Shown here: piece by piece, positions 28,281-39,022 of the stretch
Position numbering within the stretch: position 1 is the stretch's first letter
Layout: each line of letters begins with the position of its first letter
NCBI GenBank assembly: GCA_037131675.1
Contig: JBAXQO010000001.1
Span: 25,795 to 89,794 of the forward strand
Direction of reading: 5' to 3'
DNA: 64,000 nucleotides
Source: a bacterium
GTDB taxonomy: Bacteria; Patescibacteriota; Minisyncoccia; Phycocordibacterales; CAIZIN01
Position numbers and translations under genes: made by a program
Notes under the pieces: model-generated
What the model was told of the DNA's origin: nothing
Seen by the model: the letters and a program-made list of their open reading frames with translations, nothing else
The model's database searches: none

Positions 28281-29345
28281 TTATAACACTGAATCTATAA
28301 TTCCTCCCCCTATACACTTTTCTCCTTCATATAAAACCAGAGATTGGCCTAGTGGAATATACATTTGAGGCTCTGAGAAAGACACCTTGTACACACCTTC
28401 TTTTCTATTTATTTTACAGAAAGAAAGCTCCTGTCTGTATCGCCACCTACATTCATACACTTCATTTATTGAAGGTTCAATAATCCAATTTACATCGCGG
28501 AGTAATACATCTTTTGAAGCCTTTTCTTGAACTTCTATATTTAAATGAGAGACCGTTATTGTATTTTTATCAATATCTTTTGAAACGATATACTGAGGTT
28601 CATCTTCTGTACTTTTTTTTGTGATAGTAAATCCATGACGCTCACCCAAAGTATACAAATGAACTCCATCGTGTCTTCCTATAACCTCACCTAAATCATT
28701 TAATACTTCACCCTCTTTCTTTGAAATATAATGTGAGAGAAATTCCGTAAGATCTATTTTCCCCAAAAAGCACAGGCCCTGGCTGTCTTTTTTTTCACTT
28801 GTAAAAAGTTTATATTTTTTTGCGATTTTCCTTACTTCTTTTTTTTCAATATTGCCTATAGGGAAAAGAGTTTTTTCTACTTGCTCTTTAGGTACAGCCC
28901 ACAAAAAATATGATTGATCCTTATTTGAGTCTTCCCCTCTATACAAAACACCTCCTTTTACTTGAGCATAGTGTCCTGTGGCAATATAGTCAGCACCATG
29001 CTTCATTGCAAATTCAAAAAAAGTTCCAAACTTAACATGTTTATTACACATAACATCTGGGTTCGGTGTTCGCCCAGCTTTATATTCTGAAATCATGTAA
29101 TCCACAACATGTTGTTTATATGAGTCTTCAGCATCACAAGTTAAAAAGGGTATACCTAGGTGAGCGGCAACACGCATTGCATCTCGACGCTCATCTTTCC
29201 AATTACAATCAAGAAATGCAGGATACCAACCCTTTATAAAAACCCCAACAACTTCCGCACCTTGACGTAGCAAAAGAGCAGCAGAAACAGAAGAGTCTAC
29301 CCCCCCAGAAAGTCCCACAAACACTTTTTTACCTTTTAAATTCAT
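28281..29345 (-). CDS. mnmA: tRNA 2-thiouridine(34) synthase
   Basis: SGGVDS, TPNPDVMCN, ATGHYA, KDQSYFL, DSQGLCF. Confidence 0.97.
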   Translation of the reverse strand: MNLKGKKVFVGLSGGVDSSVSAALLLRQGAEVVGVFIKGWYPAFLDCNWKDERRDAMRVAAHLGIPFLTCDAEDSYKQHVVDYMISEYKAGRTPNPDVMCNKHVKFGTFFEFAMKHGADYIATGHYAQVKGGVLYRGEDSNKDQSYFLWAVPKEQVEKTLFPIGNIEKKEVRKIAKKYKLFTSEKKDSQGLCFLGKIDLTEFLSHYISKKEGEVLNDLGEVIGRHDGVHLYTLGERHGFTITKKSTEDEPQYIVSKDIDKNTITVSHLNIEVQEKASKDVLLRDVNWIIEPSINEVYECRWRYRQELSFCKINRKEGVYKVSFSEPQMYIPLGQSLVLYEGEKCIGGGIIDSVL

Positions 29346-29411
29346 ATTACAAATTTAGTTATATCACATTACCCACCCACTACACCACTTTTGGTAGACT
29401 ATCAATATTTT

Positions 29412-30392
29412 TTATAAATATTTCTCTTTATTCAGCTTATGCTCCTCGAATGTTTTGGCATAATGTATCAACCCGTTTTTATCGGATAAATAATAGAAAT
29501 AGGGAGTTTCTGTAGGAAACATAGCTGCATTTATTGATTCTATTCCAGGATTATTTATTGGACCAGGTGGAAAACCTTTGTATTTATAAGTATTGTAAGG
29601 AGAATCAATACCTAAATCATTCTTTGTGAGCTCAGCTGATGTTTTATTGTTTATATATATAAAAGTTGCATCTACCTGTAGTGGCATACCTGTTGATATC
29701 CTCTTCCAAAGAATACCTGAGACTATTTTTTTATCTTCTTTTGTCTTTGCTTCGCCTTCAATAATTGATGCCATAGTAAGTATCTCTCTTAGATTTTTAG
29801 ATGTTTCTGATGAAGAGATATCCACATCTGAAATTGCACGATTAAAATTAGCAGACATCATATCTATGATGTCATCATCAGTAGCAGAAACTGGTATGAA
29901 ATATGTATCAGGAAACAAGTAACCTTCCTTAGATTTAGCTTTTTTCTCAAGTTCAACGGCATCTAACGACGGAAATTTAGAGCAAAGTATTTTAGAAACT
30001 TCTTTACTATCAACACCTTCAGGAATTGTTACTTTCTCTACTGGTATACCATAGTCTGCCCTTATAAGGCGAGTTGTAATCTGTATCAGATTTTCTTTTC
30101 CTTTAAAAATATACATTCCCGCTTTAACAGAACCACCACTCCTAGACAGAAATGCAGCAACTCTAAAAGCATCTGATGACCGAATAATATTTTCTTTCTT
30201 GAGCAGTAGAGATATTTGAGTAAGAGACATTCCGTTAGGTATGTTTACTTTTTTTTCTTGTGCCATCGGCGAAGATATAAAAAAATAGTAAACACCTATT
30301 AAAAAACAAAAGAAAAAAACAACACGCTTCAACAAAGAGTTGTACTGCGCATGTTTTTTAATGATTTGAATGAATAGCCGTACCTTTTCCAT
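29412..30392 (-). CDS. mltG: Endolytic transglycosylase MltG
   Basis: EGYLFPDTY, ASIIEGE, LQVDAT, SPYNTY, PPGPINNPG; start taken at MEKVR. Confidence 0.93.
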   Translation of the reverse strand: MEKVRLFIQIIKKHAQYNSLLKRVVFFFCFLIGVYYFFISSPMAQEKKVNIPNGMSLTQISLLLKKENIIRSSDAFRVAAFLSRSGGSVKAGMYIFKGKENLIQITTRLIRADYGIPVEKVTIPEGVDSKEVSKILCSKFPSLDAVELEKKAKSKEGYLFPDTYFIPVSATDDDIIDMMSANFNRAISDVDISSSETSKNLREILTMASIIEGEAKTKEDKKIVSGILWKRISTGMPLQVDATFIYINNKTSAELTKNDLGIDSPYNTYKYKGFPPGPINNPGIESINAAMFPTETPYFYYLSDKNGLIHYAKTFEEHKLNKEKYL

Positions 30393-30393
30393 A

Positions 30394-31650
30394 CTATATC
30401 GGCAAATTTGCTGGCGGTTCTGCTTTCTTTGAAAGAATACGTCCGAGTGTTGGTGTTTGTACAACAGTACCCGGGAAGTGGAAAATTGTTGCAAGCTCCT
30501 CAGAGTTTAGAACAATATGTTTTTCTTTTACGGGAGAAAAGAAATATGAGCGTTTTTTATACGCATACAAAAGATCTCTCTTCATCTTATTCTGACGAAT
30601 ATTATTCCAATCTTCCCACGGATAATCAAAAGATGTGTTGTTTTTTGGTCTAAATCCATTAAGAGATGGAGAATTAAAAGGCTTCATGAGAGCCATGAGA
30701 AATGGAATGTTTGAACCGTTAAAACTATCTTTTGTCGCTAAATAGATAGTACGGATACCAACATCAAACCCTGGCTTAGATACACTTCTTTCTAAAGCAG
30801 CAATAATTTCTGTCTGACCTTTGGTCATATTTGGAAAACCTTCTTGTTCTTTTCCTGTTACAGGGTCTTTGTATTTAGTAGTGTTTTCGCTTCTTATTCT
30901 TTTTACCTCTTTCAAAGCTTCATCTTTCCAGTTATCTTTTGCTGCATTCCACGAAAGTGGATTCCACCATTTTCTTTTTGAAAAATCTGCATCCTCTTTC
31001 TTGTGAGCTCTACAAATAATTTGAATCCAAAACTGTTCTCCTTTGCCGAGCTGTCCAAGAAATTCAAGAATTTGAGACAATGGATCAACTTTTTGTTCTT
31101 CTTTTGTAGCTGTCTCATTAAGACCATAATCAACATAAGTTTTTATGGGATATGGATCAGACTGTGTAAATGTAAATTCTGTTCCAAACAAACCAATTTC
31201 ATTTGGATCAAAATCAGGAATTTTTTTAGCATAATCCTCAACTACGTTTACTTCAGCGCCAGGATATTGAGCATAAATTTGAGACTCAATATGTTTTTGA
31301 AAACCGTCTCTAGTCCAAATAAAAAAATGAACATATCCCTCAAGAGAGACCATCTCCAAAGAAAACCAAGCTCTTGTTTTTCCCAAAAAATTACGGTCAT
31401 ACCACGTTGACTCACCACTTGTCCACCAGACGGTATTCAAAAAAAGCTCCATTGCCACTGGGGATTTAGCAACCTCTTTAGGAACGCGAGCTTCCATCAA
31501 GACATATTTTTGAGAAGCAAAAAACTTTTTATGATTGTAATGCACAAACATTTCCCAAGCCACAAAACCTAGGAGAAAAGGAACCCATAAAGGTGCCACA
31601 TCTAGTAGATATCCAAATGCAATTGTTATAAGATCAGGTGATCCATTCAT
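30394..31650 (-). CDS. Conserved CPR-type membrane-anchored hypothetical protein
   Basis: N-terminal TM helix; FSLEMVS, YPIKTY, LNSEELATIFHFP, AEPPANLP. Confidence 0.6.
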   Translation of the reverse strand: MNGSPDLITIAFGYLLDVAPLWVPFLLGFVAWEMFVHYNHKKFFASQKYVLMEARVPKEVAKSPVAMELFLNTVWWTSGESTWYDRNFLGKTRAWFSLEMVSLEGYVHFFIWTRDGFQKHIESQIYAQYPGAEVNVVEDYAKKIPDFDPNEIGLFGTEFTFTQSDPYPIKTYVDYGLNETATKEEQKVDPLSQILEFLGQLGKGEQFWIQIICRAHKKEDADFSKRKWWNPLSWNAAKDNWKDEALKEVKRIRSENTTKYKDPVTGKEQEGFPNMTKGQTEIIAALERSVSKPGFDVGIRTIYLATKDSFNGSNIPFLMALMKPFNSPSLNGFRPKNNTSFDYPWEDWNNIRQNKMKRDLLYAYKKRSYFFSPVKEKHIVLNSEELATIFHFPGTVVQTPTLGRILSKKAEPPANLPI

Positions 31651-31732
31651 CGGTACAATTGTAGCAAAAATTAAACTTACTCGCCATATAAAAAACTACA
31701 CACTCTGTGAAGTGTGTAGTTTTTTATATTTA

Positions 31733-32767
31733 TTATTTAGTAGTTGAGTACTTCCCTTCTTTATCTTTCTTGAAATGCTTAGTGTTTTGAAGGTTTACAA
31801 GAATTGTATTTTCCTTCACGTAGCGCTCTTTGAGAACTTTGTCTATGATATCTTTTTTTGCAAGAGGTCCATGCTTTTCCAAAATCCCATGTATTACATC
31901 TCGCACAATACCTGTGAGATATCCCCACTCTGACAGAGCATACAAACCGCGACCAACCAAAACAAAACGTTTATCTTTAATTAGTTCATTATGAGTAGTT
32001 GCTACATGAGCTTTTTTCCCAAAAACCTGAGTGATAGCTTTTGCAACTTCTCGGAAGTGAATCGGTGAACCATGTTTTCGAATAACAAGATATGCATAGT
32101 CCCGAATACCCTTAGCTCGAATACTTGGAGATTCTGACTTACCCCATTCGCCTAGAGGGTTCTTGTCTATGAGCTTTGACATGGAGAGCCATCGTCTCAA
32201 AATCTCTTCTTTTTTATATTCTTCATTTACATCTTTTACATGTTCCAAAAACGCGGCAAGCATTTCGCTCTCAGGAAGGATTTCATCATCCTTTAACCCC
32301 TTGTAAAGTTTTCGAAGTGATTCATGTATTTTCTTTGAAAGTTCTTCATCAACATGCCATCGGTGCTGGAATTCTTCATCTTCTTTACTTTTCTTGAAAG
32401 ACTCACCAATCACAAGAAGAAAATGAACATGGTTTTGAGTACTTTTGTCTTTTGCTAAAGATACCAAAAGTTCTGCCTCAGGAACAATACCTCCCATTTT
32501 TCGGATATGAGCTTCAAGTTCAGCAAAAGCTTCTAGTTCTTTTTTATAAAGTTCAGATTTACGAATAACGTTTATAGCGTAAGCCTCAATTTGACGGACA
32601 CGTTCACGTGTTATTTTGTATGTTTTTCCAATAGACTCAAGTGTCATCTTGCGCGCATCAGCACCAAGACCATAGCGGCCAGTAATGACGTCTTTTGCTC
32701 TAGGAGGGAGCGCCGATAAGAGTTTTTTAACAACCTGCTTAGGTTTAAATGTGATTGATGAAGCCAT
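31733..32767 (-). CDS. Sigma-70 region-4-like HTH plus HARE-HTH domain protein
   Basis: RYGL...TLESIGKTYKITRERVRQIE; HFREVA..HNELIKDKRFVLVGRGLYAL. Confidence 0.75.
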   Translation of the reverse strand: MASSITFKPKQVVKKLLSALPPRAKDVITGRYGLGADARKMTLESIGKTYKITRERVRQIEAYAINVIRKSELYKKELEAFAELEAHIRKMGGIVPEAELLVSLAKDKSTQNHVHFLLVIGESFKKSKEDEEFQHRWHVDEELSKKIHESLRKLYKGLKDDEILPESEMLAAFLEHVKDVNEEYKKEEILRRWLSMSKLIDKNPLGEWGKSESPSIRAKGIRDYAYLVIRKHGSPIHFREVAKAITQVFGKKAHVATTHNELIKDKRFVLVGRGLYALSEWGYLTGIVRDVIHGILEKHGPLAKKDIIDKVLKERYVKENTILVNLQNTKHFKKDKEGKYSTTK

Positions 32768-32820
32768 AAAATTAAAATCTATATAGATACATTATCATTT
32801 ATTTAGATACGAGTCAAGGG

Positions 32821-35800
32821 TTACCCTTTGACCACTATGTTGATAAGCCTAGTTGGAACAAATACCACCTTAATAATCTCCTTCCCCTCAATCCACTTGA
32901 ATATGTCTAAATTATCTTTCAAACTCTCAAAAGCCTCTTTTTCTTCAATTGTCCTAGAAACCTTCATCTCTCCACGTAATTTACCGTTAACCTGAACCAC
33001 GATGGTCACAATATCGCTTTCAAGTTTCTTGGGGTCATATTTTGGCCATACAACTTCATGAATCGATTTTTTGTTCCCTAACGATCTCCACAACTCTTCC
33101 GACATATGGGGTGCAAATGGAGCTAGAATTTGGAGAAACTTTTCAAAATGACTTTTGTATACGGCTGGAGAATTATCCATCTCGTTAACTAAAATCATCA
33201 TGGCAGAAATGGCGGTGTTGAAATTAAATGACTCAATATCCTCTCCAACTTTTTTTATTGTCTTATTGAGAGTCTGCTCGTATGAATAAACGACTTTTTT
33301 ATCTTCAGAAATTTTTTCCTGTATTCTCCAAACTTTTTCAATAAACCTACGAGAACCAATTATTCCATCTGTAGACCAAGGCAACTGTGAATCAAATGGA
33401 CCAATGAACATTTCAAAAACTCTAAGTGTGTCTGCTCCATATGTTGCAACCACCTCATCTGGATTTACCACATTCCCCCATCTTTTTGACATCTTTCTGT
33501 TATCAGAACCGAGAATCATACCTTGGTTGCGAAGCGCCTTGAAAGGTTCTTTCATTGGTACGAGTTTTAAATCAAATAGGAACTTATGCCAGAAACGAGA
33601 ATACAAGAGATGTCCTGTTGCATGCTCCGCACCGCCCACATACATATCTACCTGTTTCCAATATTTTAAAGTTTTTTCACTTGCGAATTTTGAATTGTTA
33701 AGAGGGTCCATATAACGCAAGAAATACCAAGATGAACCTGCCCACCCAGGCATTGTGTTTGTTTCATATCCATTCTTCACCCAATCCTTCACACCAGCAA
33801 GTGGAGATTCTCCAGTACCTATTGGTTCATATGATTTAACATTTGGAAGTGTGAGTGGTAGTTCTTTTTCTTTAAGAGATTTTATTGTTCCGTCTTTTTC
33901 GTGAACCAATGGAATGGGCTCACCCCAATATCGCTGACGAGCAAAAATAGCATCGCGCATTTTATATTTTGTCACTAATTTTCCGCCCACAGCTTTTGTG
34001 ATTTCTTCTCTGGCTTTTTCAGAAGATAAAGCATTAAATTTTTCTGAATTTGAAAGCACACCATCGTCCGTATACGCACTCACACCTTTAATAACTCTGT
34101 CGAGCCAAACGTCCATCTCGGCATGACACATAAATGTAGTGTTTAGGCTTCTTTGATCTATCCACAAAATTTCATTTTCTTCTTGCTCTTCTTTAGAGAT
34201 TTCTTTTCTCTCATCTCCATCCAGTTCAAAATACACAAGACTTGTGAACGAAACCCTGTTTTGGTCTTTATGTTTTGCAAAATACTCCGCACGCACTTGC
34301 CCACCTAAAATTTTTGCATTTGTTAAGTTTGTGTAACCCGTTTCTTCCAAAACCTCTCTTTTTGCTGCATCAATCAAATCTTCTCCTTCATTTACTCCGC
34401 CCATTGGAAACGTATTCCAATGATGTTTTTTTGAATGCAAACATAAATATTTTCCAGTCTTAACATTCTTAACCATCGCCTGAACATTCTGTCTCTCAAC
34501 TTTTTGTTTACCTGCAACTGGTGGATTTCTTTTATCAATTCGCTCAGGAATAATAACTTCTTTTACTGGCAATTTATGTTTCTTGGCAAATTCCCAGTCT
34601 CTCTCATCATGTGCAGGTACAGCCATCACAGCACCTGTTCCATATGATGCAAGCACATAATCTGCAATCCACACAGGAACTTCTTCATTATTTACCGGAT
34701 TAATTGCATATATACTTTTTAGTTCAACTCCCGTTTTCCCCTTGCTTCCAACACGATCTTCTTCTGTTTTATTTTTTACTTCCTCAATATATTTCAAAAC
34801 CTCATTTTTATTTGAGACAAAAGTTAAAAGTTTTTGCACCAATTCATGTTCTGGAGCAAGCACAACGTAGGTCACACCAAAAAGCGTGTCAGCCCGTGTT
34901 GTGAATACTTTTATTTTTTCTCCTATTCCTTTAATTAAAAATTCAATTTCTGAACCTTCGCTTTTTCCAATCCAGTTTTTTTGAATTTCCTTGATATGTG
35001 AAGACCAATCTAAATCTGTTAAATCTTCAATGAGTCTATCTGCATATGCAGTGATACGTAAAAACCATTGCCGCAAAGATTTCTTTACTACAGAATACCC
35101 GCCACGTTCAGACACAGGTTTACCGTCTGGTCCGTCAACAATTTCATCGTTTGCAAGTACAGTGCCGAGCTCGGGACACCAGTTCACCTCACTGAAACCT
35201 TCGTAAGCCAAACGGTATTTCATCAAAAACTTATCGTGCGCAAGCTTATCCATATTCTTCCATTCTTTCGCAGTTATTATTGGAGTATCTAGATCGGCGG
35301 CAGCACTTACTTTTTCATTACCGTTTTTTTCTAAAATTTTAACAAGAGTTTCTATTGGCTCCGCTTTGTTTTTTGCAGTGTTATACCATGAATTGTAAAG
35401 CTTAAGAAAAATCCACTGAGTCCATTTATAATATTTTGGATCAGTTGTATTTATTTTTCTAGACCAATCATATGAAAATCCAATTTTATGGAGTTGCCCT
35501 TCAAAAGTCTTAACATTTTCCTCAACAGCTTTTCGAGGATGGATTTTGTGTTGAATGGCATATTGTTCGGCAGGCAAACCAAAAGCATCATAACCCATCG
35601 GATGAAGAACATTAAATCCTTTTACGCGCATGAGACGTGCGTACACATCACTTGCAATGTAGCCCCGTGGGTGCCCAACATGAAGACCTTGTCCAGAAGG
35701 ATACGGGAACATGTCTAATACATATTTCTTTGGTTTTTTGGTTGAAGACGCAGTTTTGTATATACCTTTTTTCTCCCACTCTTTCTGCCATTTGGATTCA

Positions 35801-35838
35801 ATCTTCTTATGGTCGTAAGCTTTAACTTTTTGTTTCAT
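32821..35838 (-). CDS. leuS: Leucine--tRNA ligase with inserted Nudix domain
   Basis: MFPYPSGQGLHVGH, FTTRADT, GTGAVMAVPAHD, KMSKR; Nudix box GGVNEGEDLIDAAKREVLEETG. Confidence 0.97.
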   Translation of the reverse strand: MKQKVKAYDHKKIESKWQKEWEKKGIYKTASSTKKPKKYVLDMFPYPSGQGLHVGHPRGYIASDVYARLMRVKGFNVLHPMGYDAFGLPAEQYAIQHKIHPRKAVEENVKTFEGQLHKIGFSYDWSRKINTTDPKYYKWTQWIFLKLYNSWYNTAKNKAEPIETLVKILEKNGNEKVSAAADLDTPIITAKEWKNMDKLAHDKFLMKYRLAYEGFSEVNWCPELGTVLANDEIVDGPDGKPVSERGGYSVVKKSLRQWFLRITAYADRLIEDLTDLDWSSHIKEIQKNWIGKSEGSEIEFLIKGIGEKIKVFTTRADTLFGVTYVVLAPEHELVQKLLTFVSNKNEVLKYIEEVKNKTEEDRVGSKGKTGVELKSIYAINPVNNEEVPVWIADYVLASYGTGAVMAVPAHDERDWEFAKKHKLPVKEVIIPERIDKRNPPVAGKQKVERQNVQAMVKNVKTGKYLCLHSKKHHWNTFPMGGVNEGEDLIDAAKREVLEETGYTNLTNAKILGGQVRAEYFAKHKDQNRVSFTSLVYFELDGDERKEISKEEQEENEILWIDQRSLNTTFMCHAEMDVWLDRVIKGVSAYTDDGVLSNSEKFNALSSEKAREEITKAVGGKLVTKYKMRDAIFARQRYWGEPIPLVHEKDGTIKSLKEKELPLTLPNVKSYEPIGTGESPLAGVKDWVKNGYETNTMPGWAGSSWYFLRYMDPLNNSKFASEKTLKYWKQVDMYVGGAEHATGHLLYSRFWHKFLFDLKLVPMKEPFKALRNQGMILGSDNRKMSKRWGNVVNPDEVVATYGADTLRVFEMFIGPFDSQLPWSTDGIIGSRRFIEKVWRIQEKISEDKKVVYSYEQTLNKTIKKVGEDIESFNFNTAISAMMILVNEMDNSPAVYKSHFEKFLQILAPFAPHMSEELWRSLGNKKSIHEVVWPKYDPKKLESDIVTIVVQVNGKLRGEMKVSRTIEEKEAFESLKDNLDIFKWIEGKEIIKVVFVPTRLINIVVKG

Positions 35839-36385
35839 CTCTTTCGCTCTTTAAATTAAATTTTTTAATCGCAATCCAAAATAATACTACCAGTGCCACA
35901 CCGAGTATAAATACTTTAATCAGATCGTCCGCACGGCTCCAGTATCGAATAGAGGCTATTAGGAAGTCTAGAACGGCACCAACAGATAGAGCTATTGAAA
36001 GTACTTCAAAATTTACAAGAAATAGACTTGCACCAAAAGTGATAACACCCAACACTACAAGCGTAACGAACACATTTCGATCATATACCTTGCTTGCTTC
36101 CTGATATTTTTGATTACATGAAAATGATTGATCACAATATCCTGATGGTTCGCCAACTTTGGTAGGTTTTGGAAGTTCTGTCCATGCACCACCAGATGTC
36201 ACGCATTGATCCTGGGTCTCGGGCGCCATATTTATTTGTTTTACAGGACAAAAGACATTGTAATCAGGAGAAGAAAACACAAGAGAAAGTGTGTAATTAT
36301 AGAAAAGATTGAGCACTATGACGATTCCAATAATCAGAGACCATCTGAGTATTTTAGGTGAGCGAAATGCTGGTGTGTTTTCCAT
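35822..36385 (-). CDS. Hypothetical membrane protein with Cys-containing extracellular loop
   Basis: Four hydrophobic segments; C..C.TSGGAW..GYCD..C loop. Confidence 0.6.
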   Translation of the reverse strand: MENTPAFRSPKILRWSLIIGIVIVLNLFYNYTLSLVFSSPDYNVFCPVKQINMAPETQDQCVTSGGAWTELPKPTKVGEPSGYCDQSFSCNQKYQEASKVYDRNVFVTLVVLGVITFGASLFLVNFEVLSIALSVGAVLDFLIASIRYWSRADDLIKVFILGVALVVLFWIAIKKFNLKSERDETKS

Positions 36386-36448
36386 AAAATTTAAAGCTTA
36401 TTATAATACTTGATATTACATGAAAAACGTTGCGAATTCAAACCGTTT

Positions 36449-37000
36449 TTAATTTTCCTTGAGTAATCCTAGCTCTTGTCTAAATTCTTCCAAAAGAGCT
36501 TTACTCGTAAGTCTTTTTTCTACCACTTCAAAAACCGAATCATAAAACCACTTCACTTCTTCAAAACTTTTAAAATGAATACCCCAATGCCCAACACCTG
36601 TCTCCAAAATATCTTCACGAATAGATACCAGGTTATGAATTTTATCAGCCGTCGCCAACATTAAAGCTTCCTCGGATGCACTTTCTAGCCGGTTAATGTA
36701 TTTTTCTTTTCTGTCTTTCCAATCAAGGTTGGATTTCTCAGTGACCTCACTTACTATGTTTGCAACTCTCTCACCAAAATCCCTAACTATGTCTGAATAT
36801 TCATACCCTTCAGTGTCTTCTAACACATCATGAAGTAGAGCTGCCACTATTACATCTTCATCTTTTGTTTGTTCAGATAAAAGCCAGGCAACTGAAAAAG
36901 GATGCACAATATATGGGAGATTATTTACTTTGCGCGTTTGACTCCTGTGTTGATGTGTAGCAACATAAATTGCTTTTTGAATTTTTGGATTAAGAAGCAT
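36449..37000 (-). CDS. HD-domain small alarmone hydrolase (Mesh1/SpoT-HD-like)
   Basis: RK..PYIVHP, LLHDVLEDT, ADKIHN. Confidence 0.85.
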   Translation of the reverse strand: MLLNPKIQKAIYVATHQHRSQTRKVNNLPYIVHPFSVAWLLSEQTKDEDVIVAALLHDVLEDTEGYEYSDIVRDFGERVANIVSEVTEKSNLDWKDRKEKYINRLESASEEALMLATADKIHNLVSIREDILETGVGHWGIHFKSFEEVKWFYDSVFEVVEKRLTSKALLEEFRQELGLLKEN

Positions 37001-37005
37001 GATAA

Positions 37006-37482
37006 CTATTCAAAAGAAATATTATTTATTATTACAGGGTCAACAGGTCTGTCTGAAGAGTTTACAGGTGTATTTTCAATATCTGCCACCACCTCCATTC
37101 CTTTTGTTACTTTTCCAAAAACAGTATGTTTCGTATCCAAAAAGTTGTTGGCTCTTGTATTAATGAAAAACTGACTACCATTTGTATCAGGTCCTGCATT
37201 TGCCATAGAGATGGTACCTAAATCATTTTTGTTATCAATATCTAATTCATCTTCAAATGTGTATCCCGGACCACCAGTGCCCCAACGTGACATTTGTGAA
37301 TCATCTTTTGTAAGAGGGTCACCTCCCTGAATCATAAAATCTTTTATTACGCGATGAAATTTTACACCATCATAAAAACCATCTTTAGAAAGCTTCACAA
37401 AATTCTCAACTGTGTTAGGAGTTTTTTTATCAAAAAGTTCAATAGTGATATCTCCCTTGTTTGTATGTAATATTGCGTTCAT
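37006..37482 (-). CDS. Cyclophilin-type peptidyl-prolyl isomerase
   Basis: [30 protein letters not shown]. Confidence 0.96.
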   Translation of the reverse strand: MNAILHTNKGDITIELFDKKTPNTVENFVKLSKDGFYDGVKFHRVIKDFMIQGGDPLTKDDSQMSRWGTGGPGYTFEDELDIDNKNDLGTISMANAGPDTNGSQFFINTRANNFLDTKHTVFGKVTKGMEVVADIENTPVNSSDRPVDPVIINNISFE

Positions 37483-37501
37483 TTTATTTAATTATATTAT
37501 T

Positions 37502-38071
37502 TTATAAACCAAAAAGTATTTTCTTAAGCAGTTCATCTGTTCCCTTCTTATTCATTGCCGAATATGGAAATACATTTTCTTCTCCAGATTCCATTTTTAT
37601 TAATTTTAATTTTTCTGAAAGTTCCTTTTGATTAAGTTTATCACTTTTGTTTGCGACGATTATATAGTTATGGTTTTCACCCCTAAGTACATCTAGCATA
37701 TCTTTATCAAAATCCGTAAGCCCAACCTTACTATCTAATACGAGAACTACCACATAAGGTTTAACCCCAGACTCAGCAAGATACCACAAGATCATTTCTC
37801 TTATTTTTTCCTTATTCCCCCTTGCGTATCCATAACCTGGCAAATCAACAAAATAAGATTTATTCTTGTTTATCAAAAAAAAGTTTATCTCTGTTGTTTT
37901 TCCAGGTTTTTTTCCAGTCTTTACCAAGTCTTTCTTTCCAACTAAAGCATTGATAAGACTTGATTTTCCGACATTTGAACGCCCAACAAAACAAATTTGT
38001 GGAATATCCTTCTCTAGAATATCATTTGGGCCCACGATTCCTCTTACAAATTCTGAAGATGTAATTTTCAT
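37502..38071 (-). CDS. engB: Ribosome biogenesis GTPase YihA/YsxC
   Basis: GRSNVGKSS, PGKT, DLPGYG, NKSD. Confidence 0.95.
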   Translation of the reverse strand: MKITSSEFVRGIVGPNDILEKDIPQICFVGRSNVGKSSLINALVGKKDLVKTGKKPGKTTEINFFLINKNKSYFVDLPGYGYARGNKEKIREMILWYLAESGVKPYVVVLVLDSKVGLTDFDKDMLDVLRGENHNYIIVANKSDKLNQKELSEKLKLIKMESGEENVFPYSAMNKKGTDELLKKILFGL

Positions 38072-38081
38072 ATGAAAGTCT

Positions 38082-38663
38082 TTAGAAATATTCTTTTTTA
38101 GTAATCTCGAATAATTTAGAATTTTGATTTTTCTTTTCTTTCATAAAGTTAATGTAATGCTCTAGAGACATAAGTTTTTTGTAATCAAGTATTTTTTCAG
38201 TAAACTCTACTCCAAACAAGTGATCGTATTCATGTTGAATTACTCGCGCGAGAAGTCCGTTGCAAAGCAATCTAAACTTTTCCCCATTTATATTGAAAGC
38301 TTCAATAACTATTTCTGATGGTCTTTTTACAGGACCAAACAACTGACCACTGAGTACACTTCCACACCCCTCGTATATAATATTTTCATTTTCAGAAAAA
38401 TGTGTAATTTTAGGATTTATAAAAACACAAAAATCATCGAGCTGAGCCTCTGAACGCGCCTTGGTTTTTCTAATTTCAGTTACAAAAATCTTATAGTTTT
38501 TTGCGATTTGAGGAGCTGCCATACCCACCAAATTTTTTTTACGCATTGTATCTTTCAAATCCTTAATAACCCTCTTTATTTCTGGGTTTGAAAAATCTTT
38601 AACGACAATGTTTTTCGCCTTTAATCTTGGGTCACCAATTTGAATAGTGGTTCTTACGGACAT
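38082..38663 (-). CDS. def: Peptide deformylase
   Basis: GMAAPQI, EGCGSV, QHEYDHL. Confidence 0.93.
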   Translation of the reverse strand: MSVRTTIQIGDPRLKAKNIVVKDFSNPEIKRVIKDLKDTMRKKNLVGMAAPQIAKNYKIFVTEIRKTKARSEAQLDDFCVFINPKITHFSENENIIYEGCGSVLSGQLFGPVKRPSEIVIEAFNINGEKFRLLCNGLLARVIQHEYDHLFGVEFTEKILDYKKLMSLEHYINFMKEKKNQNSKLFEITKKEYF

Positions 38664-38704
38664 GATCTTTACATCTTTCCATACTTGCAGCTATTTTACA
38701 ATCA

Positions 38705-38959
38705 CTATTTCTTTTCTTCTTTCAAAATTTTAGCCTTAATATCTGCGCCTCGATTATAGCCACCATAGGTTCCATCCGAACGAACAACCCTATGACAAGG
38801 AATATTTGGGTTGTAATTTTTATTCAAGATATTTCCCACTGCTCGTGAAGCATTAATATTTCCCGCTAATCTAGCAACTTCTTTATATGTCAAAGTTTCG
38901 CCTTTTTTGATTGTAATTACAACTTCATATACTTTTTGGGTAAAAGATCGGCTAGTCAT
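38705..38959 (-). CDS. Minimal O6-methylguanine-DNA methyltransferase (MGMT family)
   Basis: RAVG, IPCHRVV active site. Confidence 0.9.
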   Translation of the reverse strand: MTSRSFTQKVYEVVITIKKGETLTYKEVARLAGNINASRAVGNILNKNYNPNIPCHRVVRSDGTYGGYNRGADIKAKILKEEKK

Positions 38960-39022
38960 ATTGGGAGTATAGCAAAAGATAGGGACTGAAGTATGAAGAA
39001 CTTCAAACGCCTCAAGACATTA

